Of a stretch of DNA of 64,000 nt, positions 47,639 to 56,223 are shown piece by piece. The position numbers were made by a program, and so were the translations under genes. Source of the stretch: Mucilaginibacter sp. (lineage in GTDB: Bacteria > Bacteroidota > Bacteroidia > Sphingobacteriales > Sphingobacteriaceae); contig NZ_DATJJC010000026.1 of NCBI RefSeq assembly GCF_035492695.1, forward strand, positions 12,846-76,845, given 5' to 3'. Below the pieces are notes generated by a model. The model ran no database searches, was not told the origin of the DNA, and worked only from the letters and a program-made list of their open reading frames with translations. Each line of letters opens with the position of its first letter. Within the stretch, counting starts at the first letter, position 1.

Positions 47639-48691
47639 TTAAATTCGCCCCTCTATCGTCCCAATTAAATTAATAATTGAAATTGTAGCGCTTGCACATA
47701 AACTTGCATCTTTTTTTGAAGCGGTTCTTTTATGAGTTAATTCATTTGCCAAATCTAATGTCGCTTTGGCGTATCTTCTTAATGTTTCATTAGATGAGCC
47801 GGCAAACTCGACGTTGATATATGCTTCCAACATTCTTTTTGCGTCTGTCTTGCTGATGTCGGTTCCGTCAGTACTTGGATGCTTTTCTTTATTAAATACA
47901 GCTTGTGCTAAAGTGATAATTGTTTCCCTGCTCAATAGGCCGATGACCTGAAATTGCTCCTCTGTCTTGGCATCAAGTTGTCTAACCCTGATCTCATTTA
48001 TAGCTCGCTCAATTCGTTCCCAATCTGATAAATCAACTGTTATATTTAATGAGTTTTGAGAAGGCGATTCAGTTAGCGCTCGCATCAATGTATCATACAT
48101 TTCGGTAATAAACAAGCGCCTTTCGTGATATTTTGAAAATGTAGTACTCCATTTTGCATACCATTCCCATAAGTCCTGATATGGATTTGGATTTTTGCAG
48201 TTAAGTTTCTGTAACGCTTTATCAACAGCAACAAACTTAACTTTGTAAGCATCATTTACTTCTTGGATGCGTTGGCCACCTGTCGATACAGATATCATGG
48301 TATTTTTAAGGGATTCAACCTCCTTTAAGAGGGTCTCTTTGGTTGTGCTTCCATTGATTTTTCCCCAATCAATATTTTGTTGTGCTTTAGGCACTATCAA
48401 AATGCTCGTAATTTGCGCATGATCGATATGCCGAGTCGCTATATCAAATTTCTGGAGCAGCGTTGTTTCTAACTGCTGAATTCTGTCTCTTACTTTGACG
48501 AACACCTTCACCTCTAAGCTGACAAAAAGAGTAAAATAATCGATTCCTCCGTTCCAATTGTCGTGCCCAGTTTGTTCGACTGTAAGATTAGCACTTGAAA
48601 GAAGATTGTTTAATTCTGCAAGGTTATCAGCTTTTAATATTTCAGAAACAGTATAAAGTATTGGTCTAAAGTTATCTTGGTTGTCGAACAT
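47639..48691 (-). CDS. AbiJ-like abortive-infection protein (NTD3-like plus Abi_C-like)
   Basis: DNWNGG; VSTGGQRIQEVNDAY...NPNPYQDLWEWY..W; FQVIGLLSRE...DAKRML...LANELTHKRTA. Confidence 0.7.
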   Translation of the reverse strand: MFDNQDNFRPILYTVSEILKADNLAELNNLLSSANLTVEQTGHDNWNGGIDYFTLFVSLEVKVFVKVRDRIQQLETTLLQKFDIATRHIDHAQITSILIVPKAQQNIDWGKINGSTTKETLLKEVESLKNTMISVSTGGQRIQEVNDAYKVKFVAVDKALQKLNCKNPNPYQDLWEWYAKWSTTFSKYHERRLFITEMYDTLMRALTESPSQNSLNITVDLSDWERIERAINEIRVRQLDAKTEEQFQVIGLLSRETIITLAQAVFNKEKHPSTDGTDISKTDAKRMLEAYINVEFAGSSNETLRRYAKATLDLANELTHKRTASKKDASLCASATISIINLIGTIEGRI

Positions 48692-48825
48692 CTCTTATTT
48701 CTTACCCTAATTTATTCAATAAATTTAACATAAAATCCCTATAAAATACCGTTAAAACACGGGTTGCAGCATAACGGCATAACTGGTAGATTAGGCAAGT
48801 TATAAACCTTTTTATCACATTTATC

Positions 48826-50142
48826 ATGTCATATAAATTTGTAAAACCTAGAGGACGGGGTGGATTCGGAATAGTAAACGTGGTGACGGATAATGCCGGA
48901 ACCGAATGGGCTCAGAAAATTTTTAATTTTGATAAAACGCACCCCCTTTATAGTAATGCTTTAAGGAGATTTAAGAGAGAGGCAAAATATCAAGAGTCAA
49001 TAGCCAATAAGAATATTGTTCCTGTAATTAGTCGCGACCTCGATACCGATCCACCATCATTTGTGATGCCTCTCGCAGAGGCATCTTTAGAGGAAGATAT
49101 GAAAAATGGTATCGTTAACGCATCCAATTTTTTGGATGTCATCTTTGATATAATGTCAGGTTTAGAGGCAATCCATATACTTGGAATTTTTCATCGAGAT
49201 TTGAAACCAAGCAATGTTTTGAGGTTTAAAGATCCATCTGGTGGAAGAGATTACTATGCACTTAGTGATTTTGGGATGATGTCCGTTAAGGAAACCAGTG
49301 TAACAACCATCACCGAGACCCAAATGCGTAAATTAAGCGATAGTTATACTGCCCCAGAGGTAGCAAATAGCTTAAAGGCGGCATCCGTACAGTCAGACAT
49401 ATACTCATTGGGGTGTATTATTCATGATTTTGTAGGTGGCAACAATAGGCAAATGGGCCACGAGATCAATGAAGGAGGGGCATATGGCGGAATTATGCTA
49501 TCGTGCACGCGAGGTGATGTTTCTAAGCGATTCAAAAGTATTGCGTCAATGAGAGATTCTTTCAGTGATGTCGATCATGTAGCATACACTACCTCAACGC
49601 CAATTGGCCAGAAACTAAGTGAGCTACTTGCTCAAAATGACCCTTTATTATTGACCGAAGAAACTGTTGGCGAAATTGCTGATTTTTTAGAAAGGAAAAC
49701 ACCCGATTCGGTGGCTGTGTTTCATATGATGAATATACCGCTGATAGAGAAAATGATTACATTCCCTTATCAGGCACGACGGATCGCATTAATGTACGCA
49801 ACTTATGTTAATCACGCGTCATTTGATTTCGCATATTGCGATATTGCTGCAAATAGGCTTAAGACCTTCATGGACAATTTAGAAATTGATGTAAAAGTGC
49901 AAGGTCTCTTAGCGTTACTTAAGATGGGAACCCGGCACAATCGATGGTTCGTTGAAGGGATATTTCAACGAGCATTAGACCACCGCGCCGATCAAGAACT
50001 CGTTCAACGAATGTGTATCGAATTTAGAATTAATGAAGATGAGTTTTGTCACTACATAAAGCATTTAATTCATTCTTTATCTACCTCGGTAAGTTCTTTT
50101 AATCCTAAATTAGCAGCGCTAATTCAGAGTAAATGTTACTAA
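48826..50142 (+). CDS. Hanks-type Ser/Thr protein kinase with a C-terminal helical domain
   Basis: GRGGFG, AQK, RFKRE, HRDLKPSN, DFG, YTAPE and SDIYSLG are all intact. Confidence 0.93.
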   Translation: MSYKFVKPRGRGGFGIVNVVTDNAGTEWAQKIFNFDKTHPLYSNALRRFKREAKYQESIANKNIVPVISRDLDTDPPSFVMPLAEASLEEDMKNGIVNASNFLDVIFDIMSGLEAIHILGIFHRDLKPSNVLRFKDPSGGRDYYALSDFGMMSVKETSVTTITETQMRKLSDSYTAPEVANSLKAASVQSDIYSLGCIIHDFVGGNNRQMGHEINEGGAYGGIMLSCTRGDVSKRFKSIASMRDSFSDVDHVAYTTSTPIGQKLSELLAQNDPLLLTEETVGEIADFLERKTPDSVAVFHMMNIPLIEKMITFPYQARRIALMYATYVNHASFDFAYCDIAANRLKTFMDNLEIDVKVQGLLALLKMGTRHNRWFVEGIFQRALDHRADQELVQRMCIEFRINEDEFCHYIKHLIHSLSTSVSSFNPKLAALIQSKCY

Positions 50143-50850
50143 GTGTTAAAGTCGTATATTAAATCTCTTACTGGTCCAAGACAAAATAACGAAGACTATC
50201 CTCTTTTGCGCGATTTTGGAGCACTTACGATAGCTTGTATCGCGGATGGGGTAGGCGGCAACAACTGTGGTGAAATAGCTTCTAAGTTATCCGCGGACTT
50301 GTTTTTTTCAGCTCTAAAGACGGCTGGCGCTGTTGATAATTTAAAAAACCTAATAATTGACATTGATGCCCAACTAAAGGATTATTCAAAAAGCCATCCC
50401 CTGTGTAGTGGAATGGCTACGACGCTATCGGCGTGTATAATTCAAGATCATTTTTTAAAAGGAGTTCATGTCGGAGATTCACGAGTGGTGATCTTGAGAG
50501 GAAACGGATTAAAACAGCTGACAGATGAGCATACTGAATCGGCAAGGCTTTTGAACGCAGGCATTATAACGAAAAGTGAATTTGTTGAACATCATCAAAG
50601 AAATATTTTAACAAGTGCTCTTGGCAGCAGTAGGGCTTTGGTTATACAGGAATTTGAATTTAAGCTTAATAGCCGAGATCGAATTATTTTAAGCTCAGAT
50701 GGGTTTCATGAGGTCATAGGAAAATTAACGTTAAGAGACTTGTCACTGGCAAATATTAATATAGATGAATTTGGACAAGCTATACTTGATTTTCTCGAGA
50801 ATAGTAAATTAAAGGACAATTGTACCTTCCTGCTATTAGAGGTAGAATAA
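50143..50850 (+). CDS. PP2C/PPM family Ser/Thr phosphatase
   Basis: RQNNED, IADGVGG, GMATT, VGDSR, SDG and DNCT; the GTG directly abuts the kinase stop. Confidence 0.92.
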   Translation: MLKSYIKSLTGPRQNNEDYPLLRDFGALTIACIADGVGGNNCGEIASKLSADLFFSALKTAGAVDNLKNLIIDIDAQLKDYSKSHPLCSGMATTLSACIIQDHFLKGVHVGDSRVVILRGNGLKQLTDEHTESARLLNAGIITKSEFVEHHQRNILTSALGSSRALVIQEFEFKLNSRDRIILSSDGFHEVIGKLTLRDLSLANINIDEFGQAILDFLENSKLKDNCTFLLLEVE

Positions 50851-50851
50851 T

Positions 50852-51271
50852 TTAATGCTTGATCAATGCTGCAATTACGTTTTCAATTGTGTGTTCAATC
50901 CTTGAGGCACGCAGCTCGCATTCAAAAACCGTTATCACATTCCAATCGATAGAAGAAAGCTTTTGATTATTTGTACGATCGCGAAGTGTATTTCTTTCAA
51001 TTTTATTAAGCCAATATTCTTTGTTAGACTCCGGAAGTATAGATCGTTTACAATTCTGATGGCCATGCCAAAAACATCCGTGAACGTTGATGACTGCACG
51101 ATATTTCGGAAGCACTATATCTGGTGTTCCAGGTAGTTTCTTCTGATGCAATGTGAATCGAAACCCCAGTTTATGTAAACGATGTCGTAAGGCGAGCTCA
51201 GGCTTAGTGTTGAAGCTCTTAACCCGGCGCATTATATCGCTGCGTTTCTCTTTTGAAAAAGTGTCAGCCAT
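50852..51271 (-). CDS. vsr: Very-short-patch repair endonuclease
   Basis: MADTFSKEKRSDIMRRVKSFNTKPE, LPGTPD, VHGCFWHGH and VFECE. Confidence 0.95.
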   Translation of the reverse strand: MADTFSKEKRSDIMRRVKSFNTKPELALRHRLHKLGFRFTLHQKKLPGTPDIVLPKYRAVINVHGCFWHGHQNCKRSILPESNKEYWLNKIERNTLRDRTNNQKLSSIDWNVITVFECELRASRIEHTIENVIAALIKH

Positions 51272-51297
51272 ATATTAAAACTTATTATGTAATTTCG

Positions 51298-52221
51298 CTA
51301 TATCGCAACGTTAAATCTAACGATGTTATTTTCATTGTAGACATTGATCGCTTCTCCTACAAATTTCGCGAGGTTAACAGGCACGGCATTGCCAATAAGC
51401 TGTTCAAGCGTCGACTTGTTGGTGACAACCCATTTGAAGTCCTTTGGAAAGGTTTGTATTCGAGCCCGTTCATGGGCAGTAAGTGGCCGTACCTTCGAAA
51501 CATCCTTTATGGCATCTCCATCATGGAACTGATATTTAGGCGGAATGGGGCGGTTTACGCCTCTTATAGTAGGGCTTGGTTCATCTACCGAAAAAATACC
51601 TCTGCGGGAATAGCTACGGGCGTGACGATAGTAATATTCGATTGGTAATTCTTCGCCAAAATATTCACGAATGGTCATGCTTTTCGCTCTCAAAGAATGT
51701 TCTAATGCTGGTTTGAGATAATCGTCTTGCTCATTCAACTTTCCGATTAGAAACATTCGTTTCCGCTTTTGTGGTACATTGCAATAACTGGCATCGAGAA
51801 CAATTTCGGTTAATCCATACCCAGCGGATTTAAATAACCGTTTGGCATTTTGATAAATCTGACTTTTGTTAATGCGTTCAACGTTCTCCATTAAAAACCA
51901 TTCGGGTAAAATTTTGGTCACAATCTTTGCATACGATTGAGTTAAATCGCCCCTTCCTCCATTTTCGTTGCGTTTACCGGCACTTGAAAAGTCCTGACAT
52001 GGTGGGCCGCCTGCAATTAAGTCGGGTCTGAATTGTTTAATATGCGTAACTGCAGTATTAACATCACTTAAATCAAAATCAAATATCGGGTGGCTAAAAT
52101 TTTCATTATAAACTGCAATAGCAGATTCCCATTTTTCATAGGCCGCTACAACATCCATACCTGCTTTAGAAAGGCCTAAGCTTAATCCACCGCAACCTGC
52201 AAATAAGTCAACTGTTCTCAT
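51298..52221 (-). CDS. DNA (cytosine-5)-methyltransferase
   Basis: DLFAGCGG, GGPPCQDFS, ENV, QKRKR, ARIQTFP and IGNAVP; ATG 52221. Confidence 0.96.
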   Translation of the reverse strand: MRTVDLFAGCGGLSLGLSKAGMDVVAAYEKWESAIAVYNENFSHPIFDFDLSDVNTAVTHIKQFRPDLIAGGPPCQDFSSAGKRNENGGRGDLTQSYAKIVTKILPEWFLMENVERINKSQIYQNAKRLFKSAGYGLTEIVLDASYCNVPQKRKRMFLIGKLNEQDDYLKPALEHSLRAKSMTIREYFGEELPIEYYYRHARSYSRRGIFSVDEPSPTIRGVNRPIPPKYQFHDGDAIKDVSKVRPLTAHERARIQTFPKDFKWVVTNKSTLEQLIGNAVPVNLAKFVGEAINVYNENNIVRFNVAI

Positions 52222-52240
52222 TTTCGCGAATATTAAAAGC

Positions 52241-53314
52241 CTAATTAAATAAATTTGCCGCACTAACTAAAACCGCGTCAAATCTTCTTTCCGGCGACAA
52301 CAATAATTGACCATCGCCAAGTATAATATTTCTGATTTCTTCTTTGGTGATCCTTGGTTTTATAAGCTCTTCCGAGAGCATCAGACGATTAGTCTTTTTA
52401 CCTGGAACAGAAAAAGCCTTGTCATTTTTCATTGTATATGTTAATTTCTGCAGAATATCGTCATGATGAAATGTTCCTTTGATAGATACCTCATTCAACA
52501 TAAAAAAAAGCTGTATTAGTGCTCTCATCGGTCGACTGATTTCAGTAGTAACATCAGCTGGCACCGCCGCCGCTTCACTCATAAAAAGTTTAGTAAAAGC
52601 TAAGTCCGACCAAACGAACACATCTAAACAATTATCCGCTAAGGTTGACGATTTACCAATAGTCTTCCAAATAGGCTGAATTAGCGCTGGTTTTTGAAGT
52701 GATGTGTTTTCCTTTATAAGGGCGCTCATTCTTTCCCAAATGTCCCCTAACCGAGGATTGACTTGTGCGGCTTCCATATAGCTTCCAACATTACCGAATC
52801 CGTTTTTGCCAAAGTACTTTCTAAGCCCTTCATGTCGATCTTTATACATAGCGGCCAAACTGCAAGCCAAAAAGTGTATTGAAGGCATTCGTATGACTAA
52901 TTCGCTGCCCCACTGATCCTCACTAAACCTGAATGTGCTTTCGTCGGGTAACGTTGTCAATTTTACCTCGTATCCCGCTAAAATCTCTGATGTCGAATTA
53001 TTCATTAGCATCAAATCTACCCGTGGAGGCGATCCAATCGAATAAGTCTGATACGGAGTATATGGGGATTCAAAGGAATAAAATAAATTATCGTCCACTG
53101 GACTTAACTGAAATAACGCCTCACCACTTATATAGTCTTTCACCAGGTTCCCATTTTCATCGAGCTTTAGATAAACACACGGCATTTTCTTGCTGTCCAT
53201 ATATGCAATTAGTCCTGCCGGAAATGATGAGTTGAAGTTGTTCTTACTCCAGCTATCTTTATCAGTAAAATCTCGATTGGAGTGCTTTATACCGAACAAC
53301 GATGGTTTAGCCAT
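52241..53314 (-). CDS. HindVP-like type II restriction endonuclease
   Basis: PSLFGIKHSNRDF...W.KN.FNSSFP, EVKLTTLPD and MKNDKAF recall the HindVP family; directly upstream of a C5-MTase and vsr. Confidence 0.8.
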   Translation of the reverse strand: MAKPSLFGIKHSNRDFTDKDSWSKNNFNSSFPAGLIAYMDSKKMPCVYLKLDENGNLVKDYISGEALFQLSPVDDNLFYSFESPYTPYQTYSIGSPPRVDLMLMNNSTSEILAGYEVKLTTLPDESTFRFSEDQWGSELVIRMPSIHFLACSLAAMYKDRHEGLRKYFGKNGFGNVGSYMEAAQVNPRLGDIWERMSALIKENTSLQKPALIQPIWKTIGKSSTLADNCLDVFVWSDLAFTKLFMSEAAAVPADVTTEISRPMRALIQLFFMLNEVSIKGTFHHDDILQKLTYTMKNDKAFSVPGKKTNRLMLSEELIKPRITKEEIRNIILGDGQLLLSPERRFDAVLVSAANLFN

Positions 53315-53598
53315 TAGAAATATATTTGTTACGAAGATAATTTGTATCAGGCCTTCCGTGCAATCGATTTGTTTGCCTAAATATCAACATCAGCCAACTT
53401 GCTAACAAGGGGAAAACCGCTGCAATGATACTAATAAATTTAGTAATTTAGATGATGGATCACATTATTGCCCTCTTTCATCGAATAAGCCGTACGATGG
53501 TAAGTAATGGGTAAAATTCGACTGACATCGGATGCTTTTTCTTTGACGCGATTTGAGTCAGAATGGCCTCAAAACCCGGTAAAAAACATTAAATCGAT

Positions 53599-53620
53599 AT
53601 TCTCGTCGGGACCACTAAAA
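53599..53620 (+). repeat. attR core
   Basis: ATTCTCGTCGGGACCACTAAAA, identical to 39425-39446. Confidence 0.92.
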
Positions 53621-53639
53621 TCAATACCAAAAAATGATA

Positions 53640-53670
53640 AAAACCTGCAAATCAAATGATTGCAGGTTTT
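53640..53670 (+). terminator. Hairpin/terminator after attR
   Basis: AAAACCTGCAA-ATCAAATGA-TTGCAGGTTTT followed by T-runs. Confidence 0.65.
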
Positions 53671-53697
53671 TGTTTTTTGGTCAAAACGCCAAAATAT

Positions 53698-53737
53698 GCA
53701 CCAAAAGGCACCAAAAAGGTGAGTAATTCGGTGAGTA
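53698..53737. repeat. Paired short direct repeats, candidate integrase arm-binding sites
   Basis: GCACCAAAA x2 (53698, 53708) and GGTGAGTA x2 (53718, 53730), between att and the integrase. Confidence 0.5.
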
Positions 53738-53867
53738 CTTTTAGGCGAGACTACTACTCAACGAATTTCGTCTTAACGTCTTGATATTCAATTTGTTCAA
53801 TTGATGAACATCTTGATACCGATTAGCTGCAAGCCTACATTTGTTTAACTTTTTAATGCTTGTAATT

Positions 53868-54260
53868 ATGAAAATGAATTTCAGTTTGCTTTTTTACTTG
53901 AAAAAGCAAAAAATCTATGAGTCGGGTTCTAAGCCTATTTATATGCGCATTACCGTTAATGGCAAACGCGTAGAAGTCTCTGCGGGGAGAGATTGCGAGC
54001 CGTCCGTATGGAATAGTCATGCGGGTCGGGGAATTGGCAGTAAATCAGAAATAAGGGCTTTAAATGGCTATTTGGATACCCTGCAGGCTAAGGTATTTAA
54101 CGCACACCAACAATTGATAGCTGCTGGAGAAGATGTCTCTGCGGACAGGTTACGGGATCAGTTCATTGGCCGTTCCGAAAAGACAAATTTTATTGTTGAA
54201 TTATTCAATGAGCATAAGACCCCGAAAATTTCGGGGTTTTTGTTAAAAAATACCCCATAA
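53868..54260 (+). pseudogene. Truncated tyrosine integrase (arm-binding domain only)
   Basis: MKMNFSLLFYLKK...PIYMRITVNGKR arm domain; similarity ends near FNEHK, with no SAM-like core or catalytic domain. Confidence 0.85.
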
Positions 54261-54855
54261 ATGCCCTCAAAAACATAGCTTTCTCAATTTGACTGAACCC
54301 ATACTGACGAAGGGTCGTTAATAAAAAAAAGTCCCACCGGTGGGAGTGAATGTACCGTGTTACAGACATCGATACTTAAATTAAATTTGAAATGAAGATG
54401 CTAAAATCCGCGGCAATCAGCATACTGAATATCAAAACGAGTAAGGATAAATAAAGAAAACCGCCACCGGTGGCAGTGAATGGAGCATGTTATAGAACTT
54501 TGCTCCGCCAATAAATCAAATTACCGGTAATCCATCTCTCAGCCAAGGTAGCCAGCCATTTTAAGACGCGCCCTGCGGGTTTCCAAAAGACTACGGCAAA
54601 ACCCTCAAGCCCTTCATAAAAATTAAACAGTAGGCTTGTTTGCCCACGCAAACCAAATCAAAAGACACTTCGCCCGCGCTCACTGACTTGTGACCAGGCC
54701 CAAGCCACCTGTTTAATTTTAGGCATTTCTAAATCTTAAAATTCGCACTTTAGGTTGCTTACAACGGAACTGGGGTTCAACAAGCTTGGTAATATTTTTT
54801 TGCAAGAATAAATTATTTAAATACCTTTAGCTTTACCAATTTTACCCTATACTAA

Positions 54856-55410
54856 TTGAAAAAGCTATTCGCCATATTTATGGTTGTTGTTGTACTGTTT
54901 AACGCAGGCGGCTACGAGCTTTTTTTTCAATACCTGGTGTACCGCTCCGATAGCCGGATCATCGAAAGGATAAATCATAACCATTACCGGAGCTCCGATT
55001 TTGTTGAAGTAAAAGTGCCTGTGGATCTGCCGGCACAGGCTCCGCAGGAATACTCGGGGGAGTATGTGCCAATTGCCGGGCAGATCAAGATCAGTAATAA
55101 CATCTACGATTACGCCGAGATCAAGATAACGCACGATACGTTGTACCTGCATGTTATCCGCAATACCGAACTGAGCAAGCTGGTTAAGGCCAGAGGACTG
55201 TATGGCAAACTGGTGAATGATCTGCCAGCTTCGAATACGAAGCACTCCGGCAACTCGTTCGCCAAAAAGAGCTTAAGCGAAAGCGAATATCTGGCCTTTA
55301 ATTATAACCATTCGACAGGAGTCAAGGTTAAAAAGGTTAGCCACCGTTTTGAAATTTACAATATCCTCAAACCCGCTCTCGAGGTAGGCGGCCAGCCACC
55401 CGAAGCTTAA
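54856..55410 (+). CDS. Exported hypothetical protein ending in QPPEA
   Basis: N-terminal hydrophobic signal; 184-aa ORF heading the downstream operon. Confidence 0.7.
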   Translation: MKKLFAIFMVVVVLFNAGGYELFFQYLVYRSDSRIIERINHNHYRSSDFVEVKVPVDLPAQAPQEYSGEYVPIAGQIKISNNIYDYAEIKITHDTLYLHVIRNTELSKLVKARGLYGKLVNDLPASNTKHSGNSFAKKSLSESEYLAFNYNHSTGVKVKKVSHRFEIYNILKPALEVGGQPPEA

Positions 55411-55603
55411 TACAATCCCTTCTTATTCATTTTGACGCGGGTATGGGCATGTATTGCCTATGCCGTAATTTTGCCGATGTGCATTTTATGCACCCGCATC
55501 GGTTCCGCACAAACCTGCCTGCTTCAGAATGAATGCTAAACGCACCGGATGATTGGCGTACTTGCCATATTATCCGCTTTTATCACTTAAATATTTCTAA
55601 AAA

Positions 55604-56182
55604 ATGCCACACATTAAGGTAAATGAAGATTTACCGGGTATCAGGTCATTAATGGCCTTTAGCCCGGAAACCGCTGAGCCTATGGGCGTACTAGCTAACC
55701 TGCTTTTACGTACCAACGAGGGCCTCACCATGGCCGAAAGGGAGCTTATTGCCACCCATGTTTCGCACCTGAACGATTGTTTTTATTGCCAGCATTCGCA
55801 CGGCGCTATTGTCACCTGTTATCTCCACGATAATAATGAACTGGTGGACGAGGTGATCCGAGACCCGGAGCACGCATCGCTATCTGACAAAATGAAAGCT
55901 TTACTGGCCGTAGCAGGCAGCGTACAGAAAGGCGGTAAACATGTGACTGCCGAACAAGTGGAAAGGGCAAAGCAATCGGGCGCATCGGATAAGGATATCC
56001 ACGATGCGGTGCTGATAGCGGCAGCATTCTGCATGTTCAACCGCTATGTGGACGGGCTGGCTTCAAATACGCCGACGGACATGTCTTCGTACCCGCTAAG
56101 GGCACAGCAGATAGCCGATAACGGTTATGGCAATCACATTTTCACTAACAAACAGCCGGTTGCCGATGAGCAGCACGGTTGA
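55604..56182 (+). CDS. AhpD/CMD-family peroxidase-related protein, copy 1
   Basis: ERELIATHVSHLNDCFYCQHSH (CxxC..H) and FNRYVDG. Confidence 0.88.
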   Translation: MPHIKVNEDLPGIRSLMAFSPETAEPMGVLANLLLRTNEGLTMAERELIATHVSHLNDCFYCQHSHGAIVTCYLHDNNELVDEVIRDPEHASLSDKMKALLAVAGSVQKGGKHVTAEQVERAKQSGASDKDIHDAVLIAAAFCMFNRYVDGLASNTPTDMSSYPLRAQQIADNGYGNHIFTNKQPVADEQHG

Positions 56183-56223
56183 AAATTAAAATCAACTAAC
56201 AAACCATTCACAAGATCAAAACC

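Larger units (their letters stand above)
39425..53620. mobile_element. tRNA-Arg-integrated genomic island (~14.2 kb) with defence and DNA-modification cargo
   Basis: 22-bp perfect direct repeats; intact tyrosine integrase plus HTH_17 gene; visibly AT-richer than the flanks; defence-type cargo. Confidence 0.9.

Noticed and set aside
54393-54455. 20-codon ORF MKMLKSAAISILNIKTSKDK between the two palindromes
   Set aside because: Too short, with no supporting homology or motif.
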